Source: Catajapyx aquilonaris (Eukaryota). From it: DNA of 64,000 bases. Both the position numbers and the translations under genes were made by a program. Of this stretch, positions 1-13,500 are shown piece by piece; positions within the stretch are counted from its first letter, which is position 1, and every line of letters starts with the position of its first letter. A model generated the notes under the pieces. That model saw nothing but the letters and a program-made list of their open reading frames with translations, made no database searches and was not told the origin of the DNA. Where the stretch lies: NCBI GenBank assembly GCA_000934665.2, contig JYFJ02000586.1:1-64000 (forward strand). The letters are read 5' to 3'.

Positions 1-3000
1 CCCCCTGCCCCCCTGCCCGTCTTCCCCAGCCCTCCTCATCCCTGACCTGGCCACTCCTCTCCTCCGACTCCTCGCTGGCTGTGCTACCGCAATGGCTTAA
101 ACGAATAGTACGATTCCAGTGCCCGGCAGGAAATTAGTTCGTGCGTACTGGGAGCACTTCCAGACGGTATAAACACGCCTTTATCCGGAACCTCTGCTGA
201 GAGAAGCATCAAACCATCTGCCATCCCGCTTCCCCCTACCCAACTTGGGACCACTCATTCATTAGCCTCAGGCCAACAGATCCTGGCAGGATGGAATCTC
301 TCTCACACAAGCCGAAGCACAAATCCCTCCTATGGCCCACATGGAGCCCAGCCAGAACTTAGGGTCACCAGCATTCATCTCTGACAAAAAAGAAAGAAAG
401 AAGAAGAAAAAAAAAGAAATCCGGCCCTAGCAACGCAGTGAGACAGCACCAAATAATATGCAGCCAGGCATATATTGTTGCAATTGCACGTGCCTAGTCT
501 CGAATCTCTCTCGTAGCTGCCAATATCAGCGAATCCTGGCGTGCATTACATTACGTAAGACCTTCCCATGGCCACATAACTGCCAAGCACGTACGGTCAT
601 TTTCAAAGCATTCTCTCCCCGGAGCATAATACACCCGGCCAAGGCCTGCATCTCGTCACCCTGTGGTCAGCCCCAGCCATGCAGGGGCAGACAGCTCCAA
701 AAAGTGGTTCCCTGGCACGGTTTCAGCAAATAAGCTGACCGAACAAGGCCGACCTTCGCTTCATCTGACTGCCCCTGGGCCGCCCTCCCATTTTCGCCCC
801 CTAACCACCTCCCCCCTCCGCCCTTCCGCCAGAGGGAACGCTTGCATGCACATCCCCAGACCAAAAATATCGACTGGGTCGAGGCAACCAAGGCGAGACC
901 AGGGATGGGGCAAAGTTTTCGCTGCCTGTGTGAATTGAGCAGGTGGATTTTCCCAGGACGGTGACTCGATGCTGGACACACTTTTCCCACGTACGGACCA
1001 GCATCAGGACACACCAATCAACGCCACGACCCCGATCTCCTCAGGGTCACCTCTTTATTGCTTCGCATCGAGCTTCCTGCAATGCCCTCTCATCCGGCGA
1101 TCAGAGGTCATGTATTTGAACCAATCGCCAACGACGAAGAACCTTCTTCGGAATCTGGCGCCACCGACTCAAGGCCGGCTCCCTGGAAGTATGCTAATCA
1201 GCCCCATTCGTTTCGTAAGAAATCTGGCATTGTCTCCTAACGATTCTATCCCCACAAAGAAAAACCCTGGAACGCGACCCACCGCAAATAGGCGCACGGA
1301 ATTAAACGACCAAGTTTGTTGACTGCGATGAATTTCGACGATGGTCCATTGCCCACGTTTTTCTTCCCACGGAAAGGCCAAATCGGAGCATGGCATTGGT
1401 CCAAAGCTGTTTTTGGAGACGAAGAAGGTGGGGGCGCCGCAGAACCCAATAATAAATAAATCATAACGAAGAGTCTCACGACCCACTCACACTGCCCCGT
1501 GACGTGTCAAGGCCCAATCTACGCAAATGCTTCGACACATCCCTTCTCATTAATCTCCACCGCAATGGCAATCGACCTTGACGTCTGTCTGCCCTCCTCA
1601 TTACCCCCATCCATTCTTTGAGTGTCACATATATCCGCAGCAGCACGAGCAGGAAGCCCCCCACATCCAATTATTGCATACTCCGCATCCATCATGTATC
1701 ATATTCTTCGATGACCCATCGATGGTGAAACCGTCCCAGCCAATTACCGGCCCCAACCTGAATTGATCGCTCCATCATTAAAATGCATGGATTTATCCGG
1801 GATGGTAGCTGGCATTGACCTCGTCAGCTGTCAAACAACAACCGGCGGTCAGCACAATACACCAGACATGCGAGGTCATTTGCAGCAGCACATCGGGGGC
1901 AAATGTGGGCAGGTTCAAGACTTCAAGAGTTCAAACCACGCCCCGTTTCAAACCTGCACTGTACATACTAAATGACAAGCTGGCGACCTGCACACAAAAA
2001 AATCCTACAAAAAAATCCGGCGTACGCCAATGCCCCTTGTATAGTGGTGGTGCCCGGGTATTTCCAAAGCTGGGTAGCAGCAGCCTGCGTCTGCTGCCGC
2101 CGGTTCCATTGATCCACAGCCTGTCTCGCCTGCCACCCTCCCCATCTACCCACCAACCACCGCTTCTTTTCCCCCATCCCCCTACACCTCCATCAGGGAC
2201 CCAGAAATAATAACAATTAGAGACAATTATCATCCACAATCCTAATTTCAACACACGAGCACAATTGCTGAGACGGACAACAAGGGTTCCCCGTTTCTCA
2301 GTCACCTATCAAAGTCATCCACTGCCTGCCAGCCCGCATAACTCCGCGCCATAAAAGGCGGGACGTGGTACGCAAATGCATGCACGTGAGTACAAGACAC
2401 CGACCGCGCAGCGTCTGGGTGTGAACGACCGGCCCGGGGGTTGATCCGGGGGGGCTGTCCCTTCTGCAAAAATTGGTCGACGGTTACGAAAGCGGCCTTG
2501 CCAGGCCATTGATCCAAGGGCGAGGCCTTTGTGCCCGCCCGGTGAAACAAGAGACCAGGAAGAAGACACTGTGGTATCACGCTTCCTCATTACACAACCG
2601 GACACTATCTTACTCCGGTGTCCAATTGCGCGCAGCTGGCCGGGTGCAATGTCACCACTAATTTGCCACCTGTCGCTTCGGCAACTGACCTCTCGACTAC
2701 CCCAGGCAATGACCTTCCCCTTCATATTCCGCCCGCGACTATCAAAATCGTCAACATCGGGCGCCATATTCATAAAAAAACAATAACTTCAGGATAAAGT
2801 TCGTCCCAAGGCCTGTCAGTCAAGCACACACTTTCGGTCAAGACTATCCCCCGGGAAATCCATCTAACTGCTTCAACTGACGTATTGCGATGACGCAACC
2901 TTCCGATCTACGTATTAGCTCTGCCCTCCCACGACGCATGCATCGCAGATAAACCATCCAATTCCACAGATAAAAGAAAAGCCTTCTCCCACGCCACCAT

Positions 3001-6000
3001 TAGTTACTAACCATTCAATTAGACCACCAATGCCTTGTCCTTCAGTACGCCCCCGCAGCACCCACCACCAGCAGCGCTGCTTAGTAAAATCGTTCACAGT
3101 AATGAGCTCTCCGAAATGTGCCACGTGTGGGGATAATTTGCCACAGCACACTACATTATTCGCATACACGTGCGACAGAATGGTGCTTTTGTGCCAAGGA
3201 TTAAAGGGCGCCCTAATAGAGATGCTGGCACCAAGCAAAGAGCCCGATTTCAATTGGAAGGCGTCGTATTCGATGAAAAGGGGCTTGAGCAAATACTGCT
3301 CGTGTGTGAACACCGTTCAGTCGGGAGGAGTCAGCGTTATCGTTGTCCTGAAAATACCGATAAGTGATGCCATATCAGAGCATCAGAATGGATCGCGCGC
3401 GTCTTCGGGGGAAAAGTGGGTCGGCCAGTCATGGGCAAATATTTCGGGGCCGTTCCCTAGTCAATATCGTGACGAAGCCTGATAAGGCCAGAAAATTCAC
3501 TGTCAACCAGCTCTGCAAAAATGATGAAGATATTATGCCGTCTATACACATGACTTGAATCACAGATGACTCACATTACCTCCTTCCCCCACTCAAATGA
3601 TATGGTAATAGAATTAGGCGTAGCGCCAAACTAAAGGGGTCAAGACCAACGCGAACACGTCAAGTCGTAAAGCAGCGTGTCATTCCGCACTTATCCCACA
3701 TTTCCGCCATTGCACAAAGAGGTAGGCATAAAAGGAAGGAAATAGAGAACCGGCGACCACATACTGGGCTTGCACCCGCCCACACTATTCCAAACTGCAA
3801 GCATTTGCAAATACTACCACCCAACAACACTACCCACTCAGTTGTTGACAAACCCTCAACTTCCAGGCGCAAATGAAATCGATTATTCGGCTCGCACAGA
3901 ATGGTGGTTCCTTTGTACATGTTCCCAGCAACAGGTGTCACAAACAGTCCACAGTGGAACCTTCGGCGAGCCCTGTGCTGCTACTTGCCCGTGGAATTTA
4001 ACACCAAAAATAAAACTCGGATGGCTCATTGCCAATGCTAAGTTCTGCCCTGCCAGTCGAAGGTAAAAAAAGAAAGGAAGGGAGAAATAGACTTCCTGTT
4101 TCCATGTGCATTTCCTAAATCCTGGGTGCGCGCATGGCGAATGCATATCGTAAATGTGCCGCATGTACACTTGCACTGCTAGCATTTTCGCAGGTTTGGG
4201 CGACATGCCCATGAAGTGTTGGAATGTGCACTGAGGGGTTTACACGTTGAGGTTGCAACATACTCTGACGAGTGTATTTACAGGCTGACTACAGGTGCAT
4301 TCCTCCCAAGTCGAGGAACACTTCTGGGCTCGATTAATTCGTAGTTGTTAACAGCTGGAATAATTATTTCGAAAGTTGTAAACTACCACTTCACAGTAAC
4401 AGTCATTAGAACAGTGTCTCAGGGTTGCAGCTATTCACATGGTTGATGCCATGTAAATGTTACAATAGAGACCATTATAGTTTGGAGTGATTCACTCAGC
4501 CAGCCTGTAAAATTTACACACTGTAAAACTGTGCCACTCAATCAATTTATCGTGGGAAGGAACACCTACTTCTACTAGTTGTCAATGTTATCAGTATATT
4601 TAAACTTGTTAAATCATTACTGACGCATGACCTCGTCACATGGCAATACCAGGCACTTGATCCTCGACAAAATACACCTCATTGTGTGTGACACACAAAA
4701 TTAAGGTTCTTAACAATGCATATGTTTCTGCTGTTATTGTTATTTCAAAGCATTCATTCTCACAATAGTCGAATCCTCCAACCTTAGTAAAAATAGCCGT
4801 GGAAACTATTATGGCAAAATAGCTGATAAGTTGACACAATGTCTACTCCTCTCTCGAAATACTATGGCCCCACAATGCCATATCAGTAAACATAATCTGT
4901 GATGTGCCTAACTTGCAGAGCATGGAATTAAATTACATGAAAGATCACCTCATATTTCCAGGCACATTTCAACAATCTATTATACTGTACATGATTAGAA
5001 AGGAGGGGACCGAACATGTATAAATATTATTGGATACAAAATTGCACATTCAAACTCTATGAGACCAATGACTATAGTATATCTGTGGGCGAGTGTGAGG
5101 TGAGTGTTGACAGCAAAGCATGGTGTAACATGTCAACTTGATTGTCATTGCAAATTCCACTTGGGACAATCGTGCATTGCATAGATAAAATTGCTTGGCA
5201 GGCGCCACAGAGGTAAAAGCAGCAGCTGTATCTTTCTATGGCACAGCCTGGCATTGCAAACAAAACAACAGGTTCATGCCTACATTGCATTACTGAATTA
5301 AAATCACCTATAAAACATTGGGACTATTTTAATAGCCATTGGTCACCTCAGTGTCAGAGAATAGGTTAGGTCGAATTTTCAGGTTATGACCTGCCCCAAT
5401 TTAACAGTGAGTTACTGTAGTTCCAGTTTCCCAGTCACCACAACCCTGCCACTACATCAGAGATTATTTTTATACACAAGCCCTAGTTGCACTATTTCTT
5501 CATGTCCACATGATTCCATTGGCATTTGCCTTCATTAAAGCTAACCAGCATATGCTTATTTTTAGCCTTGCCATGAGCCCACATTGATCTAAGCATAGCC
5601 TACTGCATGCTTTTACACTGTTCTCCCCAGTCACCTGCTTTCTCTTAACCACCCTAATGCCACCCCACACAACCTTCAGTGGCAACCTGTGCTGTAATGC
5701 TTGTTGTCCTCAATCTGTTGTACTGTATAGATCGAAAGGCCGTCTAACATTAGTAACCTATTCAAGGAATTTGGCAGAAGATACACGGACACATTCCTCA
5801 GTTATTTCCTTAGCCCATTCTCTTGCCATATGTCACATGCTTATGAAACTGCTGATTGGTGCCAAGAATAAGTATTTCTCCTGCAGCATGTTAGTAAATA
5901 CACTTCTATTGAAGGGTTTTCCTTATTGCTGCAATTTTCCTGGCCACAAATACTCCCCAATTATCCTAATGAAATTACCTGCAATACTGTCATCACCATC

Positions 6001-6959
6001 TTTACACTTCAACACTAGGATTGTTTCATTTCCAAAAATAGTAACAGCAACAACTGAGCTATGCCTTTCCAGTTTTTACCATTTCTAGTCTAGCGCATGG
6101 ACCTTTATCGTTCCTGCCATTTGCAGAGGGAGCATTTTAAGATGTAACCTAAAGGTCCTAAACAATTGGCTGTCAATTGTGAATGGCAGCAATGATTGGC
6201 TGAAGCTAATTTTTAAATTATAGAGCAGTTCATGCGAAGTGATATCATCATATGATCGAGTGCTGAAAATAACTGACTGGTACACCTGTAGGAAGTGCCT
6301 AAGGAGCCAGGCAAGAGGGTGAGGGTGGAAGCATGAATGAATCAACTTGCTCATGCTTCCACCTGTGCTTGCATTGGAACTGCTTGCCAGGGTACAACAC
6401 AGTTTTTTCCAGCGCTGCTTGCTTCCCATGTAAAGAGGAAGACTGCAGCTTGGCCTTCCCTTTCAGAGCATGCATCATTTTGCATGACACAATGTATAAC
6501 TACTACAAACAATTTTATTGTGCCAACTCATTGTGGTGATGGCACACCCTGTGACACAAATGACAAAGGAAAAATATCAGTCGCTTTGCCCCAGAAAACC
6601 CCACAATGACAGTGTTTATTACAGGATCAAGAATTCATGGCCATACCATATTGGTTTTTGATTGAACTACCTCAAAGTGTGGTTTGTAACAAATCTCAAT
6701 GCTATGCTGCATTATGATGTGCCTGAGAGATAAGTATCCATTTCAGGGTGTCATATGACATCACCTTATCACATGAAACAAGGTGTGTATCCATTTAATT
6801 TAATTTAAATTTCTCTATCTCTTCACCATCTACAGCCAATAACGTGGGTACAATCTATGGTTGACATTGGAAAAGGGAAGTTTCCCAAATTAGGCAACTA
6901 TTGTTGAACCAGGAAATAATTGCATGGGTTTACTGGGGTTTTGCAGTAGTTTCCATATG

Positions 6960-7320
6960 CAAAGGGAACCTGAAGTAGGTCATACCCCTGTTGAAAATAG
7001 AAGGGGGGGAAAATCCCACCTTATGCACATTTCTTCAGGGCAAACAGAAGACAAGGTAGTAGGGACCAGGGAGGATGAAAGGTTGGAAAAACCCACGTGG
7101 CCATGCAGACTTTTCCTGGGCCTTTCCGAGTCATTTGGCACCTCCAGGAATATCACACCTTTTCTCTTGGCTATGGGCGAAGAGAAGGGCGTGCAGGAGT
7201 ATGGAGTTACTATGAACATTGACACAGAATCAGAAAATAACACCTAAGCAAGTGAAGGTGCAATGGACAGGGTTATGAACCTCAGCCTTCTTGCTTGGCT
7301 GGCAGGCCACGGTTTCTCCA
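6960..7320 (-). mobile_element. Diverged tRNA-derived SINE related to the copy at 26447-26791
   Basis: The reverse complement has a degenerate B box (GGTTCATAACCC). It then carries blocks shared in order with the 26.5 kb SINE: ccttcacttgctt vs cctttcacctgctt, cctggaggtg vs cttggaggcg, ccagg..g(t/a)ctgca, tttttccaac. Boundaries approximate. Confidence 0.5.
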
Positions 7321-7805
7321 TATTTCAGTCATAAGGATTCAAGGTCGAATATAATCTACATCTCAAGCAGTGGAGAATAACCTTTGTTGCTATCATTAAT
7401 TAATCGTAAAGTCTGAAACAATGCTCCATGCAGTCAACCTGTAATATTCTAATACTGTCATGAGCCGCTGCTGGAACTTCCCAAATGCCGAACTATACAT
7501 TTGAATAATATTGCACCACATTTCAGAGAGTAACGCAATAAATGATAAAATTATAAGGTCAGATCATGAGCCTCCTGACATATAAAATGACAAAAAGGGA
7601 ACACTTGCACCACTAATAATAATAATCAATACTGCACAGCAACTCATATTACACATCATGATGTAATCACTAATGAGTATGGCATGACCTTCAGTGTTCA
7701 AATTCTTATCACATTTCTCACAATGAACTCAAAAGGTATAATGGCATTCCATGGATTATCATCAGATTTAAAGAATACCCGTCACAGCCCAAGCAAAGTG
7801 TAAAA

Positions 7806-7960
7806 CTGCCAGGCAGATGTAAGACTAACTCAAAAACTAGTAAGGGTGAAAGCATGCCCTGCACTAATCCCCTCTGAATCATTAGTGCAGGGCATGCATG
7901 TGACTTTCACTCTTACTAGTTTTTGAGTTACAGTCTTCTTACATCTACATCTGATGGCAG
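7806..7960. repeat. Long imperfect inverted repeat (foldback, MITE-like)
   Basis: Left arm ctgcc..cagatgtaagactaactcaaaaactagtaagggtgaaagcatgccctgcactaat pairs with right arm attagtgcagggcatgc..ctttcactcttactagtttttgagtta.agtctt..acatctg..ggcag around a 12-nt loop (cccctctgaatc). Confidence 0.85.
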
Positions 7961-8367
7961 AAAACTCCTAACTCCTTCACTAGATTGTACATAGCCAGGT
8001 AACGACACTGTGGAGGGATACGACTATCAAAAATATTACAATTTTCCATAATTAACAAAGGATAATACATAGTAAGCCTCACAAAAGAGTTATGCTTCCA
8101 TTCAGCTAAAAGCCAGTGACACTGGCTTGCATCTCGCTACATTACATGAGCCTCTAGTTATTTTGTTCACGCCACTCTGAAGGCAGGGAAACTCCCAACC
8201 AGAGTAACTAAAAAGGAAAGAATGTGTACCAACACACTTGCGCAGTTGTAGATATGTGATCTGGAGTATGATTATCAAGAGAGCAAGCAAGCAATTCCTC
8301 TTTTTAACACAGTTACAAAGTGATGACACCTTTAATTGGTTTTCAACTGTATTTGCAATGCACCGAA

Positions 8368-8730
8368 GCAGGTCGGCATGGTGGATATGGCGTCCGACTG
8401 CTAATCGGGAGGTCCTGGGTTCGAATCCCAGGGCCGGCAACCCTGACTGTGGTTTTCTGTCCTGCCTGCGCCTTGAACTGTCATGCAACCAGGACAAAGC
8501 ATGCCTCTTGTCACCCTCCTCAATTCTGCCCTATTGTTGCCAGCTGCTTCACACAACCATAAATCCCATTGGGACTCTATGACATATGTGTCGTTCAGCT
8601 TATCATGCAGCCATATCATCATGACTGGTGGGCAGAGAAGCAATACCTACTTGGCTGCAAACTTATGGGACATGACATGTAAATCACACCCTATGACCAG
8701 CTGCTAGCTATACCATATTATTTACTTTTA
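8368..8730 (+). mobile_element. tRNA-derived SINE (tRNA-like head 8368-8439 plus body)
   Basis: Head has an anticodon arm tccga-ctGCTaa-tcggg, a perfect T arm ctggg-TTCGAAT-cccag and an imperfect acceptor stem gcaggtc/ggccggc. The D arm is broken and there is no long variable arm. Followed by ccctgactgtggttttc, resembling arthropod SINE bodies. 3' end approximate. Confidence 0.7.
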
Positions 8731-8824
8731 AATGTCGCCTTTGTCATATTTATTATTGTTATGCCCTGGGTACTGTTACTTCACCAGCTGATAATTGAGC
8801 TTGACTGAAGGTTCTCCAATTAGC

Positions 8825-8857
<33 letters not shown>
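8825..8857 (+). repeat. (AAT)11 microsatellite
   Basis: Direct reading of the sequence. Confidence 0.95.
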
Positions 8858-8858
<1 letters not shown>

Positions 8859-9555
8859 CTTTTGCTTGCAAGACTTGGTGGCACTAGTTATTCGTTACTT
8901 TCCACATTACACACTGGCTCTAGATACATCTTAATTATGGGCCTCTTTCTCAATGATAGGTGATAGTGCAATCTTTACAGATTATGATGATTAGAGCTTG
9001 ATGACAAACTCCAGTTACCTAATTTACTCGCATGTGATTACTGACCTGGTGTTACTTGGCCCCTCCCAACAATACATTTTCCTACCAATTTGAAGTGAAA
9101 CCGAGTGAAACAGCTGCAGAAACACCAACAATAAAACTGTGACAGGCAGGCAATATGGTTACATTACTCGCATACTGCTAATGTCGAGGTAGAGTACGGT
9201 GCAAATGATCGCACAAAATCCTGCATTTCCGATTCCCTGCTTATTCCCAGATTTGACTGAGGAATAACATGAAGCCTTTCCATCCCTTGACCCCCACCAG
9301 CAAATGAGACGGTCCCTGCACTAGCTACACCACACATCCTTGCTTTCTTTTTTTTTCCACCCCCTTCCCCACCCTGTTTTCCTTTCTCGACTGGCCCTAG
9401 CAGGATCCCACCTACTTTTCCACCTTCCCCATCCACAAAAAAAAAGAGGGCCAAACGGAAGACACCTTTACGTATGTAACACGTCCCCCTGCTGCAATAA
9501 AGGGTCTCCATCCCTTATGCCCCCTGACCTGTGTTCTTGTCTGGGTGGTACTCAC

Positions 9556-9990
9556 CACTAGATCCCTGCACATTGAATAAAAGCTGAAGGGCGGCACAGT
9601 CCGGTGCGCTACCCCGCGAGGAGAGACCACGGCGAGCCAGTTGAGATGTCCTTTACACGGGAGCACCCGACGGGGAAGGGGTCAAGGGTCGCGGAGACCG
9701 CTGCTGCTCTGCTGAGTGTTCCAGGCTGTGTCCCACCAGCTAATGAAATCGCCGCCTCCTGCTCCACCCACGCCCTGCCACCGCCTTCTTCTTCTTCTTC
9801 TTCCCGCACGACGAAAGTAGGCGCAGACCGAGGAATGACCCTGGGCTGACTGAGCCACTCTTTGCCTTTGCAGCTGCAGCGTCCCTCCCTTCCTTCCACC
9901 GCTCTCTCCCTTCAAATCTCGTCTCTCTCTCCCTCTCTCTCCCCCGCAACACCCACTACGGATTTCCCCCGAAATGCCCACAAAATGGCC
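9556..9990 (-). other. Probable first exon of an unidentified minus-strand gene, head-to-head with unc-45; may encode the N-terminus MCRDLV
   Basis: GC/CpG-rich with GA tracts, next to the promoter motifs. Ends at a consensus donor GTG|GTGAGT (intron starts at 9555). An ATG at 9573-9571 gives 6 codons in phase 0. TSS position is a guess and the rest of the gene would lie left of the window. Confidence 0.4.
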
Positions 9991-10560
9991 GATCTTGACG
10001 ATGACGTCACGGGAAGGTACGACGTCGTCGTCGTCGACGTCGATTCTCACAAAGGGTGACGTCATCTGAACGCTGCCTCCCGCCGGTACTCCCAAAAGCG
10101 GTGATTGGCTAAACCAGGCAGATCTACCAATCGTAGTGTCGCAGCGGCGGTCTGAGCACCACCGCATGAATGCACCTGTGGGATTAGGCACTCTTGCACC
10201 ATCTCTCGCAATAATTTGGAGGCATTGCGCGGGACAATTCCATTGTCACGCATCATGACACAGCCTTAAATCATCATGGGAATTTACGACATCTTCTGTA
10301 ATGAACCTGGGCTCAAAAATGTATTCGCGAGATAAAAATGCAGTCTGAAAAATTAAAAACAAGTGAATTCAAACATGGCGGCGCCCATCGTTTCCCAAAA
10401 TAGTCGGCGGTGTTTGGCTTGGTGGGGCAAATGCACCAAAAAACAGGTCTAAAAATAAGACCGCACCGCTACCACGCCGCCCCTTTTCCTTCCATCTGGC
10501 CGGTTCGAGAACATTCTGGATAATCCTAGTAGTCTAACTTGAGGTAAAAAGAGGCGCAGT
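9980..10560. promoter_or_regulatory. CpG-rich, probably bidirectional promoter (unc-45 / minus-strand gene)
   Basis: Two TGACGTCA CREs (10002-10009, 10057-10064), CCAAT boxes in both orientations (~10104, ~10127), YY1/Pho-like AAAATGGC (~9982) and AACATGGCGGCGCCCAT (10372-10388), MEF2 site CTAAAAATAA (10449-10458), HSE at 10503-10517. Confidence 0.7.
10503..10522. promoter_or_regulatory. Heat-shock element (HSF site) upstream of unc-45
   Basis: gTTCg aGAAc aTTCt gGAta: three perfect alternating nGAAn pentamers plus a near-fourth, ~45-65 bp upstream of the first ATG. Confidence 0.75.
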
Positions 10561-10566
10561 TGTGAG

Positions 10567-13500
10567 ATGATGATGTGCGACAGTATTCTGGGGGAAGTCA
10601 GCATGGATCCTAATCAACTGAAAGTAGAGGGGAACCAGGCATTCAACGAGGGAGATTGGGACAAGGCGCTGGCCCTGTACACGCAGGTATTAAATACTAC
10701 ATGCAACATGGTCACATGGAAGAAATGAAATCTGGGTACTGAGTCATTACTGCCTGTATTGATTGGCATTACAGTATTGAAAGTCACATGCATAGGACCC
10801 TATAAGAGCTAAGGTAAAATCTGATGAATGGAAAGCACCATTGCACTTCTAGGCGTAGTAAACCAGTTTTGTGTGTTTCAAAAAGTAAGCCCGCAAAAAA
10901 ATGGAATTTTCTACCCCACTTGCCGTAAAGGCCAGTTAATCACGTTCTCAGGGAGAAAGAAACTCATCGGTTATAAAGAGCCCAATAATATAGTGGTAAC
11001 AGGAATTTTCAAATTTCATAAGATGCCATGAGTAATACCTAACATAAACGTTGCTACTTGCAGGCCCTGAAGTTGTCTCAGAAGGATAATGAGAGAGTAG
11101 TGTTCCTAAAGAACCGGGCAGCTGCTTATCTGAAGATGCACAAGTATGAACAAGCAATGGAGGACTGCAACCAGGCTCTTGATATTGTCTCAAAAGATCC
11201 AAAAGCCCTTTTTCGCCGATGTCAAGCTCTACAAGCACTTGAGAGGTATGAAGAAGCTTACCGGGATGCACAGCAGGTCCTCATTGCTGACCCAGGAAAC
11301 AAGGCCATACAACCCATTATCAAGCAGCTCTATGAGGTTGTCCAGGAACGGGTGAGGAATGCTTCCTGAGGAATTTAAATCAAGCAGTCATTATTACCAG
11401 ACATACCGTAATCTTCGATTTTTATTGAATGATTCCAGTATCAATATGTAAGATCATTATTTACTCCCCGTTGTTAAGAGTTCTCCTAAACATACCGGTA
11501 CCCATGTTTTGAAAATGTCTTACAGACTTAAGCTGCATTTACATGTGAGCGATTCGACGACAAAGTCTTCGCTGAGCAGCAACATCAGTGAGTAACCCTA
11601 GTAACCAGTATCGTTTGAGGCGAAAATCAATTGTTACTTTCACCTCAAACAATATTGGTTACTTTGCTCTGCGAAGACTTCACTTGTCAAATCGCTCACA
11701 TGTAAACGCGGCTTTACTTGTAAAAGAAACAATATCTTTGTTATTGAAAACAACAATGGTCAGTATACTGATTATTAATTTTTTCAGATGGCTCAACGTG
11801 CACAAACTTCCAACAAGGTGGCACAGATGTTCAATTATGCTTTCGACATGGGTGCTGATGCAGGAAAAAGAGAGACAGCAATTAAAAACCTTTTGGTCTT
11901 GGCAAGAGAAAAATCAGGTACATCCATCAACAGATTAATAATCCATATGTCTGATGGAGCTGTCTTCTTCAGTGAAAGATGCAACACCAAACCTGACCAA
12001 ATGTGCTGTAACATTTGCATATTTTTTCTACCATAACTGTGGCGATATTTATAATAAGTTTAATTCTGCAATTGCCTTGGTCACATCACAAGTTGTGGGA
12101 CAGCTGCGATATCTACAATGCAGTAAATTTCTGTTGCGTCCAGTTCTTTCCTCACATAATTGTTTTTCACAGGTGCTGATATGATGATGAAAGAGGGAAT
12201 CCTGCAGAAACTGCACACATTAATCAAAGTTGAGAAGTCTTCCCCATATGTGATCACTAGTATTAGGATAATGAGCGAGCTATGCAAGAGTGACTTAAGT
12301 AATGTAAGAAAAATAGTTGCTAGTAGCATGAATTTTCATTACAGGAGAACCCTGATTATCCGTCACCCAAGGGACTGGGGCATAGTCGGATAACCAAAAA
12401 GGTCGGATAATTAATCCGAGGAGTACAAAAACTTTAATAAAACACAACAAAAAAACATGAAATAACGTTCACTATTAAGGTTTTCTAAGAAATAGTGAAG
12501 TATTTTTCTTTTACACACTCTACTGTACTGTATTTACAATTTAACTAAGGCAAAACAAACAAATGCATAGAACAGTACAGTATTTTCATGAGAAAACATT
12601 ATTTCCGGGGCAGGACGGCCGGAAAAACCGAGGAGTCGGATAATCAGGGGTCGGATAATAATCGGGGTTCTACTGTACTAGGATTTTCAACCAGTCTTTA
12701 CCTTTTAGTGCAAGCAGATAATGCAGCAACTAGGAATTCCTTTCTTCATTGACCTGATCAGCAGAAAGGATGATGCCCAGGTCAATGCCGTTCAATATTG
12801 CATCCAAACAATGATTAACACTCTGTCAGGAATAAATGTGCAGAAGGATAAGGATGCTGATAAGGAACTCCTTACAGGTATAGTCTCACATATATAGTGG
12901 CATATTATCATATCCAATCATATCTCTAACACCTCTCTTCCAACATCTTATTACTCTCACAGCAAACAAGAAGGAAATTGATTCTTTGATGACCTGCTTG
13001 CTCACCTGCACTAACAGCAGGACCATATCTGGATGTGGTCGAGATGCAGTCCTTGAGCTCTTGATGAGAAACTGTGGTTTTAAAGAGCTAGAGTGGTGTG
13101 AGAAGCTTATTGAGCTAGATGGTAATGCTACTTCTGCTATTGAGTGTATTTACTGAAGTGGCAGTGGTGTTCACTTACAATTCGCCTCCTCCTCATATAT
13201 GTTTGTGTACAGGTTTGTATCGCATACTGGAAGTGGCCAGTGAACTACCAGAATATCACTATGAGTCTGCAATGGAAATCACTGAGTCTACCAGAACAAC
13301 TGTCTCTGTCTTCCTGGCAAAAGTTTATGAAAATATGTATTATGACAAAGCTAAGGAACTGTTCATAAGCAAGGTGGATGAATATATAAAGTAAGTTCCA
13401 GAGTGCATTGTGATGTGACCTGGTCATGGCAATTGATTTGCAACCAAACACTTTTGCAGAGAAAAGTTGTTGAATCCAGAATTGGAATCCAAGGTCCGAG

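Noticed and set aside
4420..5448. CAGGGTTG...CAACCCTG as hAT-type TIRs
   Set aside because: Only 8 bp, and the flanks (cagtgtct vs ccactaca) show no target-site duplication.
8368..8439. Functional tRNA-Ser(GCT)
   Set aside because: D stem does not pair, no long variable arm, the scaffold is tRNA-Arg-like, and it runs into a SINE-type body.
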